A stretch of DNA of 64,000 nt, taken from IMG/VR virus record IMGVR_UViG_3300033182_000581, positions 94,492 to 158,491 of that record, one strand, 5' to 3'. This document shows, piece after piece, positions 56,642 through 64,000 of the stretch. Within the stretch, counting starts at the first letter, position 1. Every line of letters starts with the position of its first letter. The stretch comes from a virus. The position numbers and the translations under genes are program-made. Below the pieces are notes generated by a model. That model was not told where the DNA came from. It ran no database searches and saw only the letters and a program-made list of their open reading frames with translations.

Positions 56642-57595
56642 ATGGAAGATAGACTCATTACTTTACTGGAATCTGTCTTAGGTAAATCTAAGAAAACATC
56701 AGGTGATAACTATGCGTTTTACTCTCCGTTTGTAGAACATTACAAACCAAAGTTGGAGATAAATGTTGCATTGAACTCATTAGGTGAGAACCCCTGGCAT
56801 TGTTGGGTATCTGATGAAAAGGGTAAAACAATACGTTCTCTTTTTAGAAAACTCAAAGTATCAAAAGATGTTTGGGAAGAACACAACTCTATTTTCAGTA
56901 GAAAGTATAGATATCGGAACGACCAAGCTACCGACCAAGCTACCGACCAAGCTACCGACCAAGTTGTACAACTTCCAAAAGAATACATCCCACTTTGGAA
57001 ACCATCCAACTCAGTAATCAGAAAACATGCATTACGATATCTAAATGATAGAGGGGTAACCCCATCTGAAATTATAAAGTATGAGGTTGGATATTGTGAA
57101 GAGGGTATATACAAACACAAAGTAATTGTACCATCATATGATAAAGATGCAAGATTAAATTATTTTGTAGGTAGAAGTTTTTATGATGGTGGTTTCAAAC
57201 ACAAAAATCCTGATGTATCGAAAGATGTAATTGGGTTTGAGATGTTTATAAATTGGGAATGTGATATAACCATTGTTGAAGGTAGTTTTGATGCAATGGC
57301 AATACGAATGAACGCAATACCATTATTTGGTAAATCAATCCAATCTAAATTATATTCCAAAATTTTGGAAAAAAAACCACCTGCTGTGAATATATGTTTG
57401 GATACCGATGCTCGGCAAAATGCACTTAAACTTGCTGAAAATTTTATAAATAATGATATATGTGTTAGATTAATAGAATTACCCGATAATCGTGATGCAT
57501 CTGAACTTGGATTTGATGTAATACAGGATTTAATTAAAAATACAAAACTTACTACATTTTCTGACATAATTCGTATGAAAATTGGGAATATCTAA
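56642..57595 (+). CDS. DNA primase (TOPRIM)
   Basis: N-terminal zinc-finger-like region (WHCWVS), IVEGSFDA, ICLDTDA. Confidence 0.85.
   Translation: MEDRLITLLESVLGKSKKTSGDNYAFYSPFVEHYKPKLEINVALNSLGENPWHCWVSDEKGKTIRSLFRKLKVSKDVWEEHNSIFSRKYRYRNDQATDQATDQATDQVVQLPKEYIPLWKPSNSVIRKHALRYLNDRGVTPSEIIKYEVGYCEEGIYKHKVIVPSYDKDARLNYFVGRSFYDGGFKHKNPDVSKDVIGFEMFINWECDITIVEGSFDAMAIRMNAIPLFGKSIQSKLYSKILEKKPPAVNICLDTDARQNALKLAENFINNDICVRLIELPDNRDASELGFDVIQDLIKNTKLTTFSDIIRMKIGNI
56920..56963 (+). repeat. 12-bp in-frame tandem repeat (about 3.7 copies)
   Basis: CGACCAAGCTAC repeats encoding DQAT in the primase linker. Confidence 0.92.
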
Positions 57596-57620
57596 TATTT
57601 ATATGTGAAGGGGTATAATT

Positions 57621-58460
57621 ATGAATGAATATAACAGAATTTGTAATCAATGTGGTAATACAATTATATATAAGACAAAATCACAATTTAATAATGCTGA
57701 AAAACATAATAGGATATGTAAGCGATGTGCTAATGTAAATCGTAATAAAGATAGAACTATACCACATCCAGATGTATTAACTAAAAGATGTAATCAATGT
57801 GGTAAGGAGCATGAATTTTCATCAAAAGTTAAATATATTCAGTCAAAACCAACTGAAAAATATTTATGTAAATCATGTGCTGTTAAAAAAGCACATACTG
57901 GTAAAACTATGTCGGAACAAACTAAATATGATATTGGTACTAAGGTTAAATCAGCATGGGGACGTGGTTGTTATGAATACGCTACAAAATGTTCTAGTGA
58001 AAGATGGTCTGGTGAAAATAATCCAATGTATAATTCTAATAGAACTGGTTCGTTAAATCCATTCTATAAAAAAACACATACGGATGATACCATACAAACT
58101 ATTATTAGCAAAAACACCAACCCATCAAACGAAACTCGCCTAAAAATGCGTAAATCCGCTATTGCTAGAATACAGTTGGGTGAAAATGGTGAAATGATAC
58201 CATCATACAACCCATCTTCAATACCAATCATAGAGGCAAAAGCAAGAGAATTGGGTATAACCGATTTACAGCATGCTGAAAACGGTGGTGAATACCACAT
58301 AAAAGAACTTGGATATTGGGTCGATGGATACAGTAAAGAAAAAAACATAGTAATAGAATATTATGAACCACATCACAAACGGCAAGTTGAAAAAGATAAA
58401 CGAAGGGAAAGTGAAATTACAGAATATTTGGGATGTAAATTCATAATAATTAAAGAATAA
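57621..58460 (+). CDS. free-standing homing endonuclease (zinc ribbons, NUMOD3-like repeats, PD-(D/E)XK/Vsr-like C-terminus)
   Basis: CNQC..CKRC twice, HTGKTMSEQTK, GSLNPFYKKTH, YWVDGY...VIEYYEPHH. Confidence 0.75.
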   Translation: MNEYNRICNQCGNTIIYKTKSQFNNAEKHNRICKRCANVNRNKDRTIPHPDVLTKRCNQCGKEHEFSSKVKYIQSKPTEKYLCKSCAVKKAHTGKTMSEQTKYDIGTKVKSAWGRGCYEYATKCSSERWSGENNPMYNSNRTGSLNPFYKKTHTDDTIQTIISKNTNPSNETRLKMRKSAIARIQLGENGEMIPSYNPSSIPIIEAKARELGITDLQHAENGGEYHIKELGYWVDGYSKEKNIVIEYYEPHHKRQVEKDKRRESEITEYLGCKFIIIKE

Positions 58461-58463
58461 TGT

Positions 58464-59165
58464 ATGAGAAAAGCAAAATTGATTAAGTATGATGGTAAAA
58501 TCAAAAAGATTTACCACATTGCTGATGTTCATATCAGAAATTTAAAAAGACATACTGAATATAGAGAAGTTTTCGAACGATTATATCAGTATATTGAAAA
58601 TACAAAAACGGATGATTCGGTAATCGTATTAGCAGGTGATATTGTTCACGCTAAAACCGATATGACACCAGAAGTGATTGAGATGACTCAAACATTTCTA
58701 AAAAGATTATCGGATATGTTACCTACAATCTTAATACCAGGTAACCACGATGCAAATCTAAATAATCATTCGAGGTTGGATGCGTTATCACCAATTGTTA
58801 ACGCATTAAATCATCCAAACCTACACTATCTTAAAAATGATGGTGTATGGAAAATGGGTGGAATTTCCTTTTCTCACTCTTCGATTTTTTCCGAATCAAA
58901 AGGAATCATTCCTGCGTCCGATGTGAGTGGGGATTATAAGATTGCATTATATCATGCTCCTGTTGATAAAGTAAAGACTGAGCACGGGTTTGAGATTGAA
59001 AACAAAAATGTGAATGTAGAATCATTTGATGGATATGATTTAGTTTTGTTAGGTGATATTCACGTTCCAAATCAATGTTTGCAGGAATTTCAAATTGAAA
59101 CGATGGAAATTGATGAGAGTGAATTGGAAGAATATCTAAAAAATGGATGGGAAATTTGTGAATAA
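58464..59165 (+). CDS. sbcD: SbcD/Mre11 nuclease, N-terminal piece
   Basis: ADVH, AGDIVH, PGNHD, YHAP, LGDIH; stops about 35 aa after motif V. Confidence 0.9.
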   Translation: MRKAKLIKYDGKIKKIYHIADVHIRNLKRHTEYREVFERLYQYIENTKTDDSVIVLAGDIVHAKTDMTPEVIEMTQTFLKRLSDMLPTILIPGNHDANLNNHSRLDALSPIVNALNHPNLHYLKNDGVWKMGGISFSHSSIFSESKGIIPASDVSGDYKIALYHAPVDKVKTEHGFEIENKNVNVESFDGYDLVLLGDIHVPNQCLQEFQIETMEIDESELEEYLKNGWEICE

Positions 59166-59230
59166 TCTTAGTGGTTTTGTATAATCGTAGATACTTATAT
59201 ATGGTTATACAAAATCAAAAGGAGATATAT

Positions 59231-60022
59231 ATGGCAAAGCGAAGAGCTAAATGGGTTGATAGGAATTGTGAGTATTGTAATACTAAATTTGAAATTAAAG
59301 AAAGTTCATTAAAATATGGTAGGGGTCGTTTTTGTAGCAGAATGTGTTCTGATAAGGCTAAGACTACCATAACGGGTAGTAACCATTATAACTTTGGTAA
59401 TAAGCATACAGATGAATGGAAATCTAAACGAAGTATCGAAACAAGAAAATTATGGGAAGATGATGATTATGTGAAAAAAGTAAAAGAAGGCCGTGATAGA
59501 TTTGTAAAACAGAATGGTTATCATCCTGGCACAGATGCACATTCCAAATCTAAAAGAAAAAATACAATGGTAGAGTTATACGGAATTGAACATAATTGGA
59601 ATGGTGAATATGGTAATCGTAGTTGTGATATTACTTGTGAGAACTTATATGGTAAATCTAGCATACAACTACGATTATCAGCATCAATGTCTGAAGAATC
59701 TGTTGAATCTCGTAGAAAAACCCTAATAGAAACCATATCAGGAGTTTCATATGATGAATGGGAATCTACAAAAACTGAGAAAGAATTATATTACAAAGAA
59801 GTATGGAGATATACAAGAAAACAAAATATTGAATTATTAGAAAATTACGAAAAACGTGCAAGAGCTGGTGAACCTGATGCATATCATTTAGACCACATAA
59901 TACCAATAATATATGGGTTTTATAACAATATACCAGCCGATGTTATTGGTGATATAGCAAACTTACAATTCATACCCGCATCTGATAACTGTTCAAAAAG
60001 CTGGAAATATGAAAAAGATTAA
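59231..60022 (+). CDS. free-standing HNH homing endonuclease inserted in sbcD
   Basis: CEYC..FCSRMC zinc ribbon, GSNHYNFGNKH, YHLDHIIP...NLQFIPASDNCSK; AAGGAG RBS before ATG 59231. Confidence 0.85.
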   Translation: MAKRRAKWVDRNCEYCNTKFEIKESSLKYGRGRFCSRMCSDKAKTTITGSNHYNFGNKHTDEWKSKRSIETRKLWEDDDYVKKVKEGRDRFVKQNGYHPGTDAHSKSKRKNTMVELYGIEHNWNGEYGNRSCDITCENLYGKSSIQLRLSASMSEESVESRRKTLIETISGVSYDEWESTKTEKELYYKEVWRYTRKQNIELLENYEKRARAGEPDAYHLDHIIPIIYGFYNNIPADVIGDIANLQFIPASDNCSKSWKYEKD

Positions 60023-62585
60023 AATACAAAGAAAAAAACCCAAAATTTCATATGTGGGTTCAACCATTATGCAAAATCACTCTGAAGCAAAATATCCTGA
60101 ACATGGTATTTTGGTATGGGATGTTGAAACGAAAGAATCTGAATTTGTTCCTATTCATAACGATTATGGGTATGTTACTGTTGATGTAGAAGATGGTAAG
60201 ATAGTTGGTACACCAAACATACCAAACAAACCACGTATGAGAGTTCGGGTAAAGAACACATCTCAATCAGCACTTAAAAAGGTTTTAGCAGAAATCAGAG
60301 TTGGTAGAAAAGTACAAGAGGTATCAATCCAAAAAGTAATTACTGATAAAAAAGATTTCGATGGTAGTTCTAATATTGTTTTACAAAATGTAAGAGATGT
60401 TGGATTCCAAAACAAATTGATTGAAGATTTCTTATCCGAAAGATATGTGGTGGGTGAAGAACATTTAGAAGTAATCCGAAATATCAACAATGATATCAAT
60501 CAGAAATTGGGAACATCAGTTGGTATGAAGAATATTATTTGGAAACCTAAAACATTTGAGTTCTCAAATATGTTTTCATATGGTACTAAGAATATAATTG
60601 ATTTTACCAATATGAAAGGTGCATATGGAATCTTCGCACCAAACGCTAGTGGTAAATCATCTCTATGGGATGCACTATCATTTTGTATTTACGATAAGTG
60701 TTCTCGTACCTCAAAGGCAATTGATGTATTAAATTACTCAAAGATGAGTTTCGATTGTAAATTTAACTTTGAAATTGAGGGAGTAGATTACTTTATCGAA
60801 AGGGTTGGTAAGAAATCACCTAAGAGGGGAACTGTTAAAGTAGATGTAAACTTCTATCGAATCAATGAAGATGGCTCTACTGAATCCTTAAATGGTGAAG
60901 AACGTAGAGATACAAACTCAATCATCAGACAATATGTTGGTTCATATGATGATTTTATTCTAACTGCAATGTCAAACCAATCTAATAGTGGTGGGTTCAT
61001 TGAGAAATCACAAAAAGAAAGAAAAGAACTTCTTGCTCAATTCTTAGACATGGATGTATTCGAACAATTGTATCAAGTGGCAAATGAAGAAATTAAAGAG
61101 TTAAGTGGTTTACTTAAAGATTATAAAAATCAAAACTTTACTGAGAAGTTATCTGATGCAGAAGAAAGTTTGATTGAAAATAAAAAGAATGTATCTAAAA
61201 CTCAAAAGTTATTAGATGAGTACAAACTGAAAAGAGTAGAGGTGGCCACTCAAATTGAAAGTTTATTATCACAACTAATTTCAGTAAATTCCGAAATAAT
61301 TGATACTGATAAGTTAATAGAAACAAAATCTGAATTAGAAGAACTTGCCAACATAAAGGCAACTGAGTGTAATGGTTATGTGGATACACTTGTTGATTTA
61401 GAATCTAAACTAAAACAAACCAAATCAGAGTTTGATAGGTATGATTTGATAGATTTAAAAGAGAAACATCTAAGGTACGAATCGCATGTTGCGATGGTGG
61501 AAGATATCAAAGACCAGATGGAAGATTTGGAAAGAGAAATTGAACATAAGAAAGAACACTTAGAGGGCATTGGTTCTCTTACATTTGATGATGGGTGTGA
61601 ACATTGTGTAAAGAATAAGAACACACCATTTGCACAGCAGGCACAATCATTAGAAAAAGAAATTAAAGAATTATCACTTATTTATTTGACTCGTTCTGGT
61701 GAATATGATGAAGCATCAATTAACAAAATAAAGTATGATGTTACAAATATTTTAAAAGAAGTTCAGATTTTAAAAACACAAATAACAGAATACGAATCTC
61801 AAATTGAAAAAGTAGAACTTCAAACAAAATCATGTAATTTAGAATTAACTGAACTACAAGGTAAGATTGAAAAAGTAGAATCTGACATCAAAAAATCAAT
61901 CGAACAAAAAGAATCGGTAGAGCATAATACAAAGATACAAAAAGAAATTGATAAATACAAAGAAAATTTAAAAGAAATTGAAGATTTAATATATGAAACT
62001 AATGATATCTTAATTGATGTTAGTGGTGAGGTTAAGATAGCAGAAAATACAATCAAAATGGTAAACGATTCTATTCAACGATTAGAAGATATGGAAACTA
62101 AGTATGAGGGGTATGAATATTATCTACAATGTGTAAAGCGGGATGGAATCCCATACGAACTAATTTCAGATGTTTTACCTAAATTAGAAATTGAGATAAA
62201 TAATATTCTACAACCATTAGTTGATTTCCAAATCCTATTGAATACTGATGGAAAGAACATCAATTCATATATTGCGTATGGCGATGATGAATTTTGGCCT
62301 TTAGAATTGACAAGTGGTATGGAGAAGTTTATTTCATCAGTAGCAATTAGAACTGCACTTACAAATGTATCGAATCTACCACGTCCAAACTTTATAGCAA
62401 TTGATGAAGGATTTGGTTCATTAGATAGTGATAACTTTAATTCATTATATTTATTATTTGATTACCTAAAAAACCAATTTGATTTCTTAGTAACTATATC
62501 ACACATTGATAAGACAAGGGATATGGTTGACCAAATCATAGATATCACAAAGGTGGGTGGATTTTCATCTATTAGATATTTATAA
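60009..62585 (+). CDS. sbcC: SbcD C-terminal piece fused to SbcC/Rad50 ATPase
   Basis: ISYVGSTIMQNHSE..HGILVWD (SbcD C-terminus); Walker A APNASGKS, zinc hook CEHC, signature LTSGMEK, Walker B FIAIDEGFGSLD. Confidence 0.9.
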   Translation: MKKIKIQRKKPKISYVGSTIMQNHSEAKYPEHGILVWDVETKESEFVPIHNDYGYVTVDVEDGKIVGTPNIPNKPRMRVRVKNTSQSALKKVLAEIRVGRKVQEVSIQKVITDKKDFDGSSNIVLQNVRDVGFQNKLIEDFLSERYVVGEEHLEVIRNINNDINQKLGTSVGMKNIIWKPKTFEFSNMFSYGTKNIIDFTNMKGAYGIFAPNASGKSSLWDALSFCIYDKCSRTSKAIDVLNYSKMSFDCKFNFEIEGVDYFIERVGKKSPKRGTVKVDVNFYRINEDGSTESLNGEERRDTNSIIRQYVGSYDDFILTAMSNQSNSGGFIEKSQKERKELLAQFLDMDVFEQLYQVANEEIKELSGLLKDYKNQNFTEKLSDAEESLIENKKNVSKTQKLLDEYKLKRVEVATQIESLLSQLISVNSEIIDTDKLIETKSELEELANIKATECNGYVDTLVDLESKLKQTKSEFDRYDLIDLKEKHLRYESHVAMVEDIKDQMEDLEREIEHKKEHLEGIGSLTFDDGCEHCVKNKNTPFAQQAQSLEKEIKELSLIYLTRSGEYDEASINKIKYDVTNILKEVQILKTQITEYESQIEKVELQTKSCNLELTELQGKIEKVESDIKKSIEQKESVEHNTKIQKEIDKYKENLKEIEDLIYETNDILIDVSGEVKIAENTIKMVNDSIQRLEDMETKYEGYEYYLQCVKRDGIPYELISDVLPKLEIEINNILQPLVDFQILLNTDGKNINSYIAYGDDEFWPLELTSGMEKFISSVAIRTALTNVSNLPRPNFIAIDEGFGSLDSDNFNSLYLLFDYLKNQFDFLVTISHIDKTRDMVDQIIDITKVGGFSSIRYL

Positions 62586-62609
62586 TAATAAAGAATGTAT
62601 GGAGTGTAG

Positions 62610-64000
62610 ATGTCTTTAATATTTAAGAAAGCAGCAAGAGAAGATTTATCCAAATTATCGGTATATGTTGATGATACATCAAACACATCACCGAAATATT
62701 TTAGAGTATCTGATGTACCTCAAGTTTTACAAAAAGGTAAAAACTTAATAAGGATATCAGCACACCCTACAAATTTGGTAGAGGGTTCTCAAATTCTTGT
62801 AGATGTAAGAGATTCTAATGGGAATCCAATCTATTTCGAAATACCCGATTATTTAGAAGCAGATAAGAGTAGAGTAATTTCTATTTGGGTTTATCACGAC
62901 AAAGGTGATGATAACACTGCGAACGGTGATGCTGTAATTACTTTGGTTGGTATTTCTAAAGTAGGTAACAATGGTGAACCAGTACCACAACGATTCAGAG
63001 GTAAACCAAATGTTAGATGGCAAACTACTGTAAATGTTGATAGAGATAGAAAGAATACATCATCTGTAATCTTTAAATCAAATATACTACCTTCAGTTGC
63101 AATATCTGAAAGTATTGAAGCATATCAAAACCAACCTCAAAGTGGTAATGAGTTATTACTCCAATCTCAAACAGGTACTGGTGTTAGATATTTATTTAGA
63201 GGTACAACCCCAATCGTACAACTAAACGATGGCACACAATTTAATCAGGAGATGGTTGGGTATTCATTTGTATTATCAAATTATGAATCACCCGCAGAAC
63301 CAATATCAAACTATCCAAACCCAAATAGTGATACATTTTATAGTTCATCTATATCTCAAATATTGGATGCAACTACTGCGGTTTTAAGAACACCATACAC
63401 AACATCTTTTGCAGATAGAGAAGGGTTAGTACACACTTACAATAACATTGAATCTGCAAATTATAGTATTCAATACTTTCAAACGGGTTCTAATATAGTT
63501 ACTGAAAATCAACGTTCATTTGCTAACTTAACACTAACAAATGTAAATCCAATCGCAGGTGTAGTTGATAAGGTAAAAGTATTAATTAAATCAGATGGGT
63601 TACCAGGTGAATATGAATTATTAAATGAGGTTACAGTACCATATAGTTCATCATTTAGTGTAAAAGTACCCGTTCCATCTGAAAACCTACAAGACCCAAA
63701 ATTATTAAAAATCCAATATCTAAACTCCATTGGTGAGATATCAAGAACTGAAACTATTACAAATCCATTTGTATTTCAAGGTGGTAACTTTTATTTTGGT
63801 GGTGGTGATAACCTTATAACGGGTTCTATCTATATATCAAACGCACTTGGTAGTGGTATTGAGGTTGGTGGTGCGAGTAGTGGATTCATGCGTTCGGTTG
63901 GGTTTGAAGGACAAACTTCAGCATCATTAGGTAAGGGGCCTGGTGGGTTCATTATTTATAGTGGTTCTAACGCATTAAGAATCGGTGAGGATTATCTACA
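62610..64000 (+). CDS. large structural (tail) protein, truncated by window end
   Basis: Open frame from ATG 62610 (MSLIFKKAAREDL...GKNLIRI...EVRDSNGNPIYFE-like) to the edge; ATATTTAT at 62576. Confidence 0.7.
   Translation, partial: MSLIFKKAAREDLSKLSVYVDDTSNTSPKYFRVSDVPQVLQKGKNLIRISAHPTNLVEGSQILVDVRDSNGNPIYFEIPDYLEADKSRVISIWVYHDKGDDNTANGDAVITLVGISKVGNNGEPVPQRFRGKPNVRWQTTVNVDRDRKNTSSVIFKSNILPSVAISESIEAYQNQPQSGNELLLQSQTGTGVRYLFRGTTPIVQLNDGTQFNQEMVGYSFVLSNYESPAEPISNYPNPNSDTFYSSSISQILDATTAVLRTPYTTSFADREGLVHTYNNIESANYSIQYFQTGSNIVTENQRSFANLTLTNVNPIAGVVDKVKVLIKSDGLPGEYELLNEVTVPYSSSFSVKVPVPSENLQDPKLLKIQYLNSIGEISRTETITNPFVFQGGNFYFGGGDNLITGSIYISNALGSGIEVGGASSGFMRSVGFEGQTSASLGKGPGGFIIYSGSNALRIGEDYL

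Larger units (their letters stand above)
8157..62583 (+). promoter_or_regulatory. dispersed candidate late-promoter motif ATATTTAT (coordinates span first to last copy)
   Basis: Intergenic copies at 8157, 13268, 31783, 32541, 33837, 34932, 40831, 51366, 52471, 57595 and 62576; variant ATACTTAT at 59191. Confidence 0.5.

Noticed and set aside
59166-60022. Group I intron carrying the HNH gene
   Set aside because: The HNH ORF fills the gap and overlaps the next start, leaving no non-coding sequence for a ribozyme core.
59060-60090. Split intein joining the two SbcD pieces (N-piece tail starts QCL...)
   Set aside because: The downstream piece has no HN/N-[CST] intein end. The NHS seen there belongs to the SbcD YxGS..QNH.E motif, and the tail lacks intein block A/B features.
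308-63730. Other minus-strand and nested ORFs in the track
   Set aside because: All overlap better-supported + strand genes and show antisense-shadow composition.
1-64000. Stop-codon reassignment as in some Bacteroidota phages
   Set aside because: TAG (uvsE, gp25-like gene) and TGA (mgsA) end conserved proteins at the expected lengths, coding density is high in the standard code, and no suppressor tRNA is present.
39253-64000. Diversity-generating retroelement acting on tail genes
   Set aside because: No reverse transcriptase and no TR/VR pair differing at adenines were seen in this window.

Overview
A 64 kb, AT-rich piece of a large tailed dsDNA phage genome. Contractile-tail baseplate genes (gp25- and gp6-like) suggest a myovirus, probably jumbo-sized. 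The host is most likely Bacteroidota, inferred from many TTTG-N20-TAnnTTTG promoters and a DUF4494-like gene. Essentially all real genes lie on the + strand and use the standard code. Layout: 1-36 kb is accessory/early DNA with many small ORFs, groEL, a J-domain protein, a NUDIX hydrolase, a GT32 glycosyltransferase, a ~0.9 kb non-coding origin-like region with DnaA boxes, 4 tRNAs, mgsA, a truncated thyA, a VWA + MoxR-type AAA+ pair, hsp20 and uvsE. 36-39 kb holds clpP, groES, an HD hydrolase and a sigma-like gene. 39-56 kb is a baseplate/tail module. 56-62.6 kb is a replication/recombination module: T7-type endonuclease I, primase, two homing endonucleases and a fractured SbcD-SbcC. A structural gene runs off the right edge. 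The most notable observations are: (1) a Mre11/SbcD nuclease split in two by a free-standing HNH gene, with the C-terminal piece fused to SbcC/Rad50; (2) 13 dispersed copies of a fixed-geometry promoter cassette (TTAACA-N5-TAACAT upstream of a variant Bacteroidota promoter) that sit at gene-module boundaries, four with built-in terminators and one at the point where thyA is cut off; (3) a DnaA-box cluster that looks like a host-type origin. All protein assignments come from motif recognition by eye; no database searches were run.
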